Shown here: in pieces, positions 40,546 through 50,190 of the stretch
How the letters are laid out: each line of letters opens with the position of its first letter
Position numbering within the stretch: the stretch's first letter is position 1
From: Candidatus Dormiibacterota bacterium
GTDB taxonomy: Bacteria > Chloroflexota > Dormibacteria > DASZGP01
Length of the DNA: 64,000 bases
NCBI GenBank assembly: GCA_049644325.1
Contig: JBARRR010000061.1
Span: 19,455 to 83,454 of the forward strand
Direction of reading: 5' to 3'
Notes under the pieces: generated by a model
Told to the model about the DNA's origin: nothing
The model's input: the letters and a program-made list of their open reading frames with translations, nothing else
Database searches by the model: none
Made by a program: the position numbers and the translations under genes

Positions 40546-42606
40546 ATGAGCTCGTCCCTAAGCACCAACCCCCCCGCCCGCCGGCGACGCAAGAGCAGCC
40601 TGACGGACAGGTCGATCATCGTCCCGGCGCTCTGGGCGTCGGTCAAGAAGCTGGACCCCCGCTGGCAGCTGCGCAACCCGGTCATGTTCGTGGTCGAGGT
40701 CGGCGCCGTTATCTCCACGTATGCCTGGATCACCAGCTTCAGCAACCACGGAGACACCCTGTTCGTCGGCCAGATAGCAATCTGGCTGTGGTTCACGGTC
40801 CTGTTCGCGAACTTCGCCGAAGCAATGGCCGAAGGCCGGGGCAAGGCCCAGGCGGCGGCGTTGCGCAAAACCCGCACCGACACCATCGCCCGCAAGCTGG
40901 TCGATGGCGTCGAGCAGAAGGTTTCGGCCCCCGAGCTGCGCAAGGGTGACATCGTCGTAGCTGAGACGGGCGATGTGATCCCCAGCGACGGCACCGTCAT
41001 CGAGGGAATTGCATCGGTCGACGAGTCGGCCATTACGGGGGAGTCGGCCCCGGTCATCCGCGAAGCCGGCGGCGATCGCAGCTCCGTCACTGGGGGCACC
41101 CGGGTGCTGTCCGATCGCATCGTCATCGAGATCACCCAAAATCCAGGTGAGACCTTTCTCGACCGCATGATCACGCTGGTTGAGAGCGCCGCCCGCCAGA
41201 AGACGCCGAACGAGATCGCGCTCAACATCCTGCTAGCGGTACTGACGATCATCTTCATGTTCGCGGTTGTGACGCTGCAGCCGTTCGCGCTCTACAGCGG
41301 CACATCGGTGGCCATCGTCGTACTGATCTCTTTGCTGGTCTGCCTCATCCCCACGACCATTGGCGGGCTGCTCTCTGCCATTGGCATCGCCGGTATTGAT
41401 CGCCTTCTGCAGAAGAACGTCCTGGCAATGTCGGGCCGCGCGGTCGAAGCCGCCGGCGATGTGGACACCCTGCTGCTGGACAAGACCGGCACGATCACTC
41501 TTGGCAACCGCCAGGCTACTGAGTTCATCCCCGCGCCCGGGGTTGAGTCGAGCCGCCTGGTCAGCAGCGCGGAGCTGGCCAGCCTCGCCGACGAAACGCC
41601 CGAGGGCCGCTCCATCGTGTCCTTGGCCCAGCGGCTTGGCTCCAAGGAGTCCGAGCATGGCCACGACGTCGTCTTCATCGCCTTCAGCGCCAGCACTCGG
41701 ATGAGTGGGATCGACCGCGGCGATTCCAGCATCCGGAAGGGCGCCGCCGACGCGGTGGCCAGCTGGTGCGACCCGGAGGGTCACAACGGTCTGCCGAAGG
41801 AGGTCAAGGAGCAGGTTGACGCTATCGCCCGCACGGGCGGGACGCCGCTGGTGGTCGCCGAAGACCAGCGTGTGCTCGGCACCATCCATCTCAAGGACAT
41901 CGTCAAGCCCGACATCGCCGATCGTTTCGCCGAGATCCGCCGAATGGGGCTGCGCACCGTCATGATCACCGGCGACAACCCCCTGACCGCCGCGGCCATC
42001 GCCAAGGAGGCCGGCGTAGACGACTTCCTCGCCGAGGCCACCCCGGAGAACAAGCTGGAGCTGATCCGCGAGGAGCAGGCCCAGGGCAAGTTGGTGGCGA
42101 TGACCGGCGACGGCACCAACGATGCCCCTGCATTGGCTCAGGCTGACGTCGGAGTCGCCATGAACAGCGGCACCCAGGCCGCCAAGGAGGCGGGCAACCT
42201 GGTCGACCTCGACAGCGACCCCACCAAGTTGATCGAGATCGTGGAAACGGGCAAGCAGATGCTCATCACCCGTGGCGCCCTGACGACGTTCAGCATCGCC
42301 AACGACGTGGCCAAGTACTTTGCCATAATTCCCGCGATCTTTGCTGGCGCCTTCCCCGTACTGAGCGCCCTCAACGTGATGGGCCTTACCAACCCCAACA
42401 GCGCGGTACTTTCGGCGGTGATCTTCAACGCCCTGATCATCGTTGCCTTGATCCCGCTCGCTTTGCGCGGTGTCAAGTTCCGGCCCATCGGCGCCGCCCC
42501 GCTGTTGCGCCGCAACCTGCTGATCTACGGCGTGGGCGGGATCGTCATTCCCTTCATCGGCATCAAGGCGATCGACATCATCGTCAGCGCCGTTCACCTG
42601 GCTTAG
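40546..42606 (+). CDS. kdpB: K+-transporting ATPase subunit B (P-type ATPase)
   Basis: DKTGT phosphorylation motif, TGDN and [10 protein letters not shown]. Confidence 0.95.
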   Translation: MSSSLSTNPPARRRRKSSLTDRSIIVPALWASVKKLDPRWQLRNPVMFVVEVGAVISTYAWITSFSNHGDTLFVGQIAIWLWFTVLFANFAEAMAEGRGKAQAAALRKTRTDTIARKLVDGVEQKVSAPELRKGDIVVAETGDVIPSDGTVIEGIASVDESAITGESAPVIREAGGDRSSVTGGTRVLSDRIVIEITQNPGETFLDRMITLVESAARQKTPNEIALNILLAVLTIIFMFAVVTLQPFALYSGTSVAIVVLISLLVCLIPTTIGGLLSAIGIAGIDRLLQKNVLAMSGRAVEAAGDVDTLLLDKTGTITLGNRQATEFIPAPGVESSRLVSSAELASLADETPEGRSIVSLAQRLGSKESEHGHDVVFIAFSASTRMSGIDRGDSSIRKGAADAVASWCDPEGHNGLPKEVKEQVDAIARTGGTPLVVAEDQRVLGTIHLKDIVKPDIADRFAEIRRMGLRTVMITGDNPLTAAAIAKEAGVDDFLAEATPENKLELIREEQAQGKLVAMTGDGTNDAPALAQADVGVAMNSGTQAAKEAGNLVDLDSDPTKLIEIVETGKQMLITRGALTTFSIANDVAKYFAIIPAIFAGAFPVLSALNVMGLTNPNSAVLSAVIFNALIIVALIPLALRGVKFRPIGAAPLLRRNLLIYGVGGIVIPFIGIKAIDIIVSAVHLA

Positions 42607-42614
42607 GAGTCGAG

Positions 42615-43220
42615 ATGGTCAGAGCAATCCCCCGCGACCTCATCACCACCCTCCGGTTCACGATTGTCTTCGTAGTCATCTGCTGCTTCGCGTATACCTT
42701 CGCGGTGACCGGTGTGGCCCAGCTGATATTCCCCAGCCAGGCCAATGGCAGCATCGTCAGCCACGGTGGCCAGCAGGTCGGCTCCAAGCTCATTGGGCAG
42801 AACTTCACCGACCCCAAGTACTTCCACGGGCGGCAGTCGGCCACCGTCGACGCCAACGCCAGCCCGCTGCCGTACAACGCCCAGGCGTCCGGCGGCAGCA
42901 ACCTTGCGCCGACCAACCAGGCGCTTATCGACCGCGTTAAGGCCTCCGTCGACGACATCAAGAAGAACGAGCCCGGGCTTAAGGGCGATGTTCCCGTCGA
43001 CCTGGTCACCGCCGATTTCAGTGGCTTCGACCCCTACATCACGCCGGCCTCAGCCCAACTGCAGGTGGCGCGCATCGCCGCCAACCGCCACCTCGATCCC
43101 GCCAAGGTGCAGAAGGTCGTGGATGCCCACACCGAGGGTCCCCAGCTGGGCGTCCTCGGTGAGAAGCACGTCAACGTTCTCGCCCTCAACCTGGCGCTGG
43201 ACGATGGCGAAGCCAACTAA
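42615..43220 (+). CDS. kdpC: K+-transporting ATPase subunit C
   Basis: 201 aa; N-terminal TM; KdpC family. Confidence 0.85.
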   Translation: MVRAIPRDLITTLRFTIVFVVICCFAYTFAVTGVAQLIFPSQANGSIVSHGGQQVGSKLIGQNFTDPKYFHGRQSATVDANASPLPYNAQASGGSNLAPTNQALIDRVKASVDDIKKNEPGLKGDVPVDLVTADFSGFDPYITPASAQLQVARIAANRHLDPAKVQKVVDAHTEGPQLGVLGEKHVNVLALNLALDDGEAN

Positions 43221-43317
43221 CGGAGACCAGGAACTCCCATCCGTTAGATACGCCGGCAGGCAGCGCCGGGGCGACTTCACCTGCCCCGGCGCCGCCCCGG
43301 TCTAGGCGCGGCGTGCC

Positions 43318-44316
43318 GTGAAGGCCGTCACAGAGCGGCTCCAGCCGGGCGAGTACCTCGACAGCTACCGGATCGTGGACCGCCTCGGCGCCGGCGCGTT
43401 CAGTGAGGTCTACCGCGCCGTCGACGAAGGCGGGCGGGACGTTGTCCTTAAGTGTCCGCACGAGATCGTGCTCGGCGACAGCGGGGCATGGGATCGCTTC
43501 CGGCGCGAGATGAAGATCACCGAGCACCTCGATCATCCCGGGATCCAGCGCTCCCTTGACCCCCACCGGAATCGCAGCCGTCTCTACATGGCGCTGGTGT
43601 ACGTCGATGGCGTGTCTCTGCGCCAGGTGATGCACAACGAGGGTCGGATGTCGCCGGCGCGCGCCGTCGACCTGGTCAGGCAGATCACCGAGGCCATGGT
43701 CTATGCGCATGGCCACCACGTCTTCCATCGTGACCTGAAGCCGGACAACGTACTGGTCACGCCCGATGGGCGCACGGTGGTGACCGATTTCGGCATCGCC
43801 CTGATGGAGGGCGCCAAACGGCTCACCTTCCGGTTCCTGACCGCGGAGATGGGAACGCCCGACTACATGGCGCCGGAGCAGGTCCAGGGCAAGCGGGGCG
43901 ATGCCCGGACCGACGTCTACGCCATCGGCGTGATGCTGTACGAGATGGTGGCGGGGAAGGTGCCATGGCGGGGCAAGGACTCGTTTGCGACGATGAGCCA
44001 GAAGCTGATCGGTCCGCCGGCGGACCTGCACGCCGCGGCGCCCCGAGTTCCCATGGGCCTGGTCGGGATCGTGCACAAGGCGGTGCGCCGTGACCCCGAG
44101 GAGCGCTATCAGACCACGGCTGAGCTGCTCGCGGACCTGGATCGCTGGGAGTCGATCGACCCGGCCACCTACGTTTTTGCCGATGAGAAAAAGCTCAAGG
44201 CCAGCTCCCAGGCCGGCCTGATGATCCTGGTGGCGAGCATTAGTGTCGGCTTCCTGCTGCTTACCGTCGGCGCCGCGGTGGCCTACCACTTCCTGGTTGT
44301 TGCGCCCAAAGGCTGA
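43318..44316 (+). CDS. Ser/Thr protein kinase with C-terminal TM anchor
   Basis: Hanks motifs: GAGAFSEVYRA...VLK; HRDLKPDN; DFG; TPDYMAPE. GTG start. Confidence 0.8.
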   Translation: MKAVTERLQPGEYLDSYRIVDRLGAGAFSEVYRAVDEGGRDVVLKCPHEIVLGDSGAWDRFRREMKITEHLDHPGIQRSLDPHRNRSRLYMALVYVDGVSLRQVMHNEGRMSPARAVDLVRQITEAMVYAHGHHVFHRDLKPDNVLVTPDGRTVVTDFGIALMEGAKRLTFRFLTAEMGTPDYMAPEQVQGKRGDARTDVYAIGVMLYEMVAGKVPWRGKDSFATMSQKLIGPPADLHAAAPRVPMGLVGIVHKAVRRDPEERYQTTAELLADLDRWESIDPATYVFADEKKLKASSQAGLMILVASISVGFLLLTVGAAVAYHFLVVAPKG

Positions 44317-44411
44317 CCGCCGGCTGGAATCGTGCGGGGCGTTCATGCGCCATCAACAAGGCCGGTTGATCGTTGACGCCACGTTGATGGAGTCGGTCGC
44401 AGGATGGTTAT

Positions 44412-44756
44412 ATGGAGATTCAGACCCGGTCGATAGTCGGGGTTTTCATGAGCCACGACGAAGTCGAGCACGCCCGGCGCAGGCTACGCGCGACCCCCAT
44501 CCTGCTGCTTCGCTCCGAGGTGGTGGAGTCCGTGAGTATCGGCAAGCATGTCCTCGGGACGCTGATGCCGCAACTGGAGGCGGACTACATGCTCAAGCAG
44601 CTGGAAAAAGGGCGTACCCTGTTCGCAATCCAGGTTCCCGCGGAAGACGGCATGTCGGCCTTCAGGTTCATGACCGACGTGGCCGGCAGCCGCGAGACGA
44701 CCGCCCTGTGGGGCCGCAGCGAACGGGTGGTGCGGATCGTCACCAGCCCCGTCTGA
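44412..44756 (+). CDS. hypothetical protein (114 aa)
   Basis: ORF between the STPK and the KdpD-N gene. Confidence 0.4.
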   Translation: MEIQTRSIVGVFMSHDEVEHARRRLRATPILLLRSEVVESVSIGKHVLGTLMPQLEADYMLKQLEKGRTLFAIQVPAEDGMSAFRFMTDVAGSRETTALWGRSERVVRIVTSPV

Positions 44757-44824
44757 CGGCCAGCTACCTCTCCTCGAGTGGTCGCCCTGATGGGGACGAC
44801 CCTAGGCTGGTCTAACCTCTGCTT

Positions 44825-47017
44825 ATGGCTCAGACACGCGCGGAATCGGGCCTGGTCGGGCAGGAAGCATCCTCAACCGGCGATCGCCGCGGTTACCTCA
44901 AGGTCTACATGGGAGCCGCGCCCGGGGGCGGCAAGACCTACGCAATGCTCCGTGAGGGCCATCGCCTTCGGCAGCAGGGGCACGACGTGGTCATCGGGCT
45001 CGTAGAGACTTATAACCGGCCCCGCACGGTCGAGGCAATCGGCGACCTGGAGACGGTGCCGCGCAAGGGATTCGAGTACAAGGGCACCATGCTCGAGGAT
45101 ATGGACCTCGATGCCGTCCTGGCCCGGCGGCCCGAGGTAGCCCTGGTCGACGAGCTGGCTCACACCAACACTCCTGGCATGAAAAACGAGAAGCGCTGGC
45201 AGGACGTGGAGGAACTCCGTGGCGCCGGCATCGACGTGATCACCACTGTCAACGTCCAGCACGTCGAGAGTGTCAAGGATGTGGTGGAGCGCATCACCGG
45301 TATCGTGGTGCGGGAGACGGTCCCTGACGCTGTCCTCGACCGGGCCGATGAGATCCAGTTCATCGACATCTCACCCGAGGCGCTGCGCAAACGTATGCAG
45401 CACGGCAACATATACGGCAAGGACCGCGTGGAAACCGCGCTGTCCAACTTCTTCCGGCCGGGCAACCTGGCGGCACTGCGTGAGATCGGGCTTCGCCTTG
45501 TGGCGGAGAGCATGGCCCGCAGCAGTGGCGTCCACGAGGCGCCGGAGGACGTGATGGTGGCGATCTCGGGGGCGCCCAGCTCTGAGCTATTGATGCGCCG
45601 CGGGGTGCGCCTCGCCCGCAGGCGGGGAGGCGTTTGCATGGTGGTCCTGGTGGCGCGTCCGGACCAGCGCATCGACGTGGCCCAGTATTCTGCGGTGGCG
45701 GACCGGCTGGGGTGCTCGTTCGCGGTCATCCGCGGTGGTGACGTCGCAGCGGAGATCGCCCGCGCTGCCCACGAGGCCAACATGTCCCACCTGGTCCTGG
45801 GCGAGTCGCTGGGCACCGAGGGACTGGGCCGCTGGAAGAAGACGCTGGTCGACCGCGTGATCGACGCTCTCCCCGACGTCGACATCCACGTTGTCGCCCG
45901 CATGGAGGCGGCGCCCGAGGACGACCATCAGCGTCCTGACCCGGACCGACTGATCAAGCGCCAGCGAACGGGACCACGCGCCAACGCCCACATGCGTGTG
46001 TATATGGGGTACGCCGCCGGGTGTGGCACCACCACGACAATGCTCAACGAGGCCCGTCGCCGGCAGTCGCGCGGTACCGACGTGGTGGTGGCCGTCGCCT
46101 CCGTCCAGTCAAGGACGGCCTTGAGCGGGCTGGAGGTGATCGGCGGCCATGACGCGGTCGGACCTACGATGTTGGATGTCGACGCGGCGCTGGCGCGCAA
46201 CCCTGAGGTGGTCGCCGTCGACGACCTCGCCGGGGTGGACACCGATGGCTCGAGGCGCTACCAGTCGGCGACGCGCCTGGTGGCGGCCGGCATAACCGTG
46301 CTGGGGACCCTTCACCTGACCGACCTGGATAGCGTGCGGTCGCGTTTCGCAGACGTGCTTGGCCACCGCAGCCAGGGCCCGCCGGTTAATGATGAGGTGC
46401 TTCGGTTTGCCGAGGAGCTGGAGCTTGTTGACGTCACCCCCGCGACACTTTTGGAACGCCTCAAGAATGGCGAGATCTTCCCGCCGGCGGAGGCGGCTCG
46501 GGCAATGCAGGCCGAATTCCGGCCTCAAGCGCTAGCGGCGCTCCGAGAGATGGCGTTCCGGGTCATTGCCGAGCACACCGACCGGCAGCTGCTGGCCTAC
46601 ATGCGCGAGCGCAACGTGGCCATCCCCTGGGAGGCGCGGGTCCGCATGGTGGCGGCGATCCCGCCGCGGCCGGGGATGACAGATCGCATCCGGCGTGCGG
46701 CCCGCATGGCAGAGGCGCTCGAGGCGCAGTTCACCGTCGTGACGGTGCGCACCCGGCGGCTGTCCGATGAGCACCAGCAGGCGCTCGGAGAATACGCCCA
46801 CCTGGTCCACCAACTGAGCGGTGAGTACGTCACCCTCTACGGTTCCAACGTCGCCGAGGTCCTGGCCAACTACGTGCGCGAGACCCTCAGCACCGAGGTG
46901 GTGGTCGGCCACCGGCTGCAGCGCTGGACCCCATGGGACACCACCAGCAACCTGATCCGCCTTCTCAGTGACGTCAACATCCACCTCCTGCGCGCCGAGT
47001 CAGGCGCCAGGTCTTAG
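44825..47017 (+). CDS. tandem-duplicated KdpD sensor N-terminal domain + USP protein (no kinase domains)
   Basis: Two repeats of KdpD_N (Walker-like GAAPGGGKTY / GYAAGCGTTT) each followed by a USP-like domain; 730 aa. Confidence 0.8.
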   Translation: MAQTRAESGLVGQEASSTGDRRGYLKVYMGAAPGGGKTYAMLREGHRLRQQGHDVVIGLVETYNRPRTVEAIGDLETVPRKGFEYKGTMLEDMDLDAVLARRPEVALVDELAHTNTPGMKNEKRWQDVEELRGAGIDVITTVNVQHVESVKDVVERITGIVVRETVPDAVLDRADEIQFIDISPEALRKRMQHGNIYGKDRVETALSNFFRPGNLAALREIGLRLVAESMARSSGVHEAPEDVMVAISGAPSSELLMRRGVRLARRRGGVCMVVLVARPDQRIDVAQYSAVADRLGCSFAVIRGGDVAAEIARAAHEANMSHLVLGESLGTEGLGRWKKTLVDRVIDALPDVDIHVVARMEAAPEDDHQRPDPDRLIKRQRTGPRANAHMRVYMGYAAGCGTTTTMLNEARRRQSRGTDVVVAVASVQSRTALSGLEVIGGHDAVGPTMLDVDAALARNPEVVAVDDLAGVDTDGSRRYQSATRLVAAGITVLGTLHLTDLDSVRSRFADVLGHRSQGPPVNDEVLRFAEELELVDVTPATLLERLKNGEIFPPAEAARAMQAEFRPQALAALREMAFRVIAEHTDRQLLAYMRERNVAIPWEARVRMVAAIPPRPGMTDRIRRAARMAEALEAQFTVVTVRTRRLSDEHQQALGEYAHLVHQLSGEYVTLYGSNVAEVLANYVRETLSTEVVVGHRLQRWTPWDTTSNLIRLLSDVNIHLLRAESGARS

Positions 47018-48177
47018 ACCTTCGGCAGCGTAAAGCGGAAACTGGCACCGGGCCCGGGCCGGTCTTCCAGCTCGATGCTGCCGGCGTGCGCCTCGACCAG
47101 GCCGCGGACGATGGCGAGGCCGAGCCCCGAGCTCTGGCCGGCGTCGAGGTCGCTCTCCCTGGGGGTGCGGACGAAGCGGTCGAAGAGGTGGGCACGGTAG
47201 GCCTCAGGGACTCCAGGACCAGCGTCGACCACCCGAACCACGACCATGCCCTCCTGCTCCTCGGCGTCGGCGAGGACCTCGATGGAGGCGGCCGGCGGGC
47301 TGTAGCGGTCGGCGTTGCCCAGCAGGTTGTCGAGGACCTGGCTCAGCCGGGTCCAGTCGGCCAGGACCATGACGTCGTGGTCCGACTCACCCCATTCCAC
47401 GGTGCGCTCGGGGGCGTGAGACTTGAGGCGCTCGGCGGCGGCGACGACGGCGTCGGCCAGGCGGGTGGGCTCGAGGTCGAGCTGCAGGGCGTTGCTCTCG
47501 ATGCGGGCCAGGTCGAGGGTGTCGGTGACCAGCTTGTTGAGGCGGCGTGACTCGGCGGCGATTGTCTCCAGCCGTTCACGCGCGGCGGGGGAGAGCTCGT
47601 CCTTCTGGAGCAGGTCGGTGCTCGCGGTCAGGATCGTGGAAAGGGGGGTGCGCAGGTCATGGGAGACGTTGGCCATGATCTCGCGCTGGGCTTGCTCGCT
47701 CTCCTGCAGCGCCCGGACCTGCTGCTCAGTGCGCGCCAGCCGCAGCTCGAACTGGGCGGCTTCGGCCTGCTCGCGGTTGAGGCGAAGGAGCTCGTCGTTG
47801 GCGTCGCCGAGCTGGCGGGTGAGCGCCTCTGCCCGGAGCAGCGCTCGGCGCCTCACGGTCGCCAGCGCGCCCACCACCCCGGCGGTGGTGAAGAAGACCA
47901 CCAGGATGAGAAGGTCCTGGTCACTGGAGATGGTGAAGGTGTGAAGGGGCTGGACGAAGTAGTAGTCGACCAGTAGGAAGCTGACCGCCGCGGCCAGGAG
48001 CGAGGGCCAGAGACCGCGCAGCACCGCGATCACCGCGACCACGCCCATGTAGAGGAAGACGTAGGTGAGGCCCTGGGTGCCGACGGTGACCAGGATGGCG
48101 GTCAGGGCCACCGGCGCCGCCACCGCCAGGGCCACGACGCTGGTGTTGATCAGGCGATCGCGCGTGCCGGGCGACAT
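47014..48177 (-). CDS. sensor histidine kinase, KdpD C-terminal-half-like (4-TM DUF4118-like domain, HisKA, HATPase_c)
   Basis: Four TM helices, coiled coil, H-box VSHDLRTPL and an ATP lid; convergent with the KdpD-N gene with a 4-nt overlap. Confidence 0.8.
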   Translation of the reverse strand: MSPGTRDRLINTSVVALAVAAPVALTAILVTVGTQGLTYVFLYMGVVAVIAVLRGLWPSLLAAAVSFLLVDYYFVQPLHTFTISSDQDLLILVVFFTTAGVVGALATVRRRALLRAEALTRQLGDANDELLRLNREQAEAAQFELRLARTEQQVRALQESEQAQREIMANVSHDLRTPLSTILTASTDLLQKDELSPAARERLETIAAESRRLNKLVTDTLDLARIESNALQLDLEPTRLADAVVAAAERLKSHAPERTVEWGESDHDVMVLADWTRLSQVLDNLLGNADRYSPPAASIEVLADAEEQEGMVVVRVVDAGPGVPEAYRAHLFDRFVRTPRESDLDAGQSSGLGLAIVRGLVEAHAGSIELEDRPGPGASFRFTLPKV

Positions 48178-48203
48178 GGCCTAATGTTGCCGCCTTTTCG
48201 GCG

Positions 48204-48647
48204 TCAGGCTATCGCCAGGCTGCGCTCCGACTCTGCCGAGGTCACCTCACTGGCCAACTCGATCCAGGCCACCGCGGCTGTGCTGCCGATGGTGGCTCCC
48301 ATCACCGCCGCTTGCTTCAGGCCCTCGCCGGTGAGTCCAGCCCAGGCGAGGGCGGCGACGTCGACCGCATCGACCGCCGTGTTCAGCCGGTAGCAAAGCA
48401 GCCGCTGCTCGGGTCCCTGGTCGCGGGCCATCAAGGTCCAGGCGCCCAGCACGATATTGCGGATGCCGAACATGCGCGCGACCAGCCGCAGCGAGGCGTT
48501 GTCCTGGTTGTCGGGAACGCCAAAGAGCCGCCTGGCGAGCGCGGGGATCATGAGCGTGCTGCCCACCACCAGCCTGAGGGTCCCGATCCGAGTGGCGCGC
48601 TCGCGCTCGCTGTGGGTGCGGAGCAGGACCGGGGAGAGGTTCGCCAT
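48204..48647 (-). CDS. hypothetical membrane protein
   Basis: 147 aa ORF upstream of the kinase on the same strand. Confidence 0.4.
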   Translation of the reverse strand: MANLSPVLLRTHSERERATRIGTLRLVVGSTLMIPALARRLFGVPDNQDNASLRLVARMFGIRNIVLGAWTLMARDQGPEQRLLCYRLNTAVDAVDVAALAWAGLTGEGLKQAAVMGATIGSTAAVAWIELASEVTSAESERSLAIA

Positions 48648-48835
48648 CCGCGAACTATAGGCCGTTCCCGGTAGGTACCGGTTCGGTGGCCGGGCGACCG
48701 CGACCCGAGGTCGAGCCGCGCCAGATGGCCCGCCCCGCCCGGCGACAGGTCGGCCATCAGCTTGGCGCCAATTCTCCCAGCAAGTTCTGAGGGTCCTCTG
48801 GGACCCCTCTTAGTCGCCGAAGGGATCCTCGGTTC

Positions 48836-49345
48836 ATGGCTTACGACGATCTCAGCCCACGGGCTCGCACCGTCGACAACGTCATCCCCGGTGGCGCTGC
48901 TCCCTCGGTAATCGGCCAGGCGCGCAGCTTTGTGGCCATTGGCGTGCTCAGCACCCTGGCCTACTTCGCCCTGTTCGGGCTCCTGCGCGCCCCGCTGACC
49001 CCGGGGGTCGCCAACGGGGTGGCCCTCGCCCTGACGACCGTGGGCAATACCGCCGCCAACCGTCGCTTCACCTTCGCCGTCCGGGGCCGTGGCAGCCAGC
49101 TCCAGGACCACTCGGCGGGGATCCTGGCCTTCGCCGTCGCCCTTGGCATTACCACTGGCGCCCTGGCTCTCCTCACCGTGACCGACCCCTCGGCGCCGGC
49201 GCTGGTCGGCGCCGTGGTGCTGGTTGCCGCCAACCTCCTGGCGACCGCGGCCCGCTTCGCTGTGCTTCGCGCCGCCATCACGCGGAGGGCCGAGAATCGC
49301 CGGCGCCCGGAGGATGGCGGCCGGCTCTCCGAGGTGGCCTCGTGA
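48836..49345 (+). CDS. GtrA-family membrane protein
   Basis: Four TM helices; GtrA signature TVGNTAANRRFTF. Confidence 0.65.
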   Translation: MAYDDLSPRARTVDNVIPGGAAPSVIGQARSFVAIGVLSTLAYFALFGLLRAPLTPGVANGVALALTTVGNTAANRRFTFAVRGRGSQLQDHSAGILAFAVALGITTGALALLTVTDPSAPALVGAVVLVAANLLATAARFAVLRAAITRRAENRRRPEDGGRLSEVAS

Positions 49346-50190
49346 CCAGGGTTTCCCGCGTCGTCGTCCTCGTGTTGGCGGTGGTCGCCGGTGTTGCCCT
49401 GGGCACGTCGGCCGACGTCTTCTATTCCGCCATCCGGCAAGGCCCGATCGCCATCTCAACCGGCGCGGCGCCGGCGGGCAAGCGCGGGTCTGGCCAGGCG
49501 GCCGTTCCCGGGCAGCTCGACGCCGCCACGGTTGCGGCCCAGGTCAACCCGGCCGTGGTCGACATTTACACGACCCTGGCTGGGGGTAGCGCCGCCGGCA
49601 CCGGCATGGTGATCAGCTCGTCCGGCGAGGTCCTGACCAATAACCACGTTGTTGAGGGCGCCACCACGATCTCGGTTCAGGTCGTGGGCACCGGCCGGAC
49701 GTACAGCGCTGCCGTTGTCGGCACCGATAAGGCCGATGACGTCGCCGTGATCCAGCTGCGCGGCGCCGCCAGCCTCAAGACCATCACGGTCGGCGACTCC
49801 TCCAAGGTCTCCGTGGGCGATGCGGTTTTGGCGATTGGCAATGCCCTGGGCCGGGGTGGTGTGCCGCTGGCCAGCCCGGGCGTTGTCGCTGGTCTGAACC
49901 AGACCATCACCGCCGACGATGGCAGCGGCAACGCCGAGACGCTAAGCAGCTTGATCCAGGTGCGGGCCCTGATCCAGCCCGGCGACTCGGGCGGTCCCCT
50001 TGTGGATGCCGGCGGCAATGTGATCGGGATGGACACGGCCGCGCAAATCGGTCGTGGCAGGCGGCAGAGCACTGCCAGCAACAACGGCTACGCCATTCCC
50101 ATCAGCACCGCCATGGCCATCGCCAGGCAGATCGAGGCCGGCGGCACCATCACCGCGGGCGCGCCGGTGACCTCGATGGCGGCGGCATGA
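49342..50190 (+). CDS. trypsin-like S1 serine protease (no PDZ domain)
   Basis: Catalytic triad context TNNHVV, ...D..., GDSGGPL; N-terminal TM/signal. Confidence 0.7.
   Translation: MTRVSRVVVLVLAVVAGVALGTSADVFYSAIRQGPIAISTGAAPAGKRGSGQAAVPGQLDAATVAAQVNPAVVDIYTTLAGGSAAGTGMVISSSGEVLTNNHVVEGATTISVQVVGTGRTYSAAVVGTDKADDVAVIQLRGAASLKTITVGDSSKVSVGDAVLAIGNALGRGGVPLASPGVVAGLNQTITADDGSGNAETLSSLIQVRALIQPGDSGGPLVDAGGNVIGMDTAAQIGRGRRQSTASNNGYAIPISTAMAIARQIEAGGTITAGAPVTSMAAA

Noticed and set aside
41233-42597. 454-aa minus-strand ORF inside kdpB
   Set aside because: Antisense to the P-type ATPase with intact DKTGT and GDGxNDxP motifs.
43186-44346. 386-aa minus-strand ORF across the STPK gene
   Set aside because: Antisense; the plus-strand product has all Hanks kinase subdomains.
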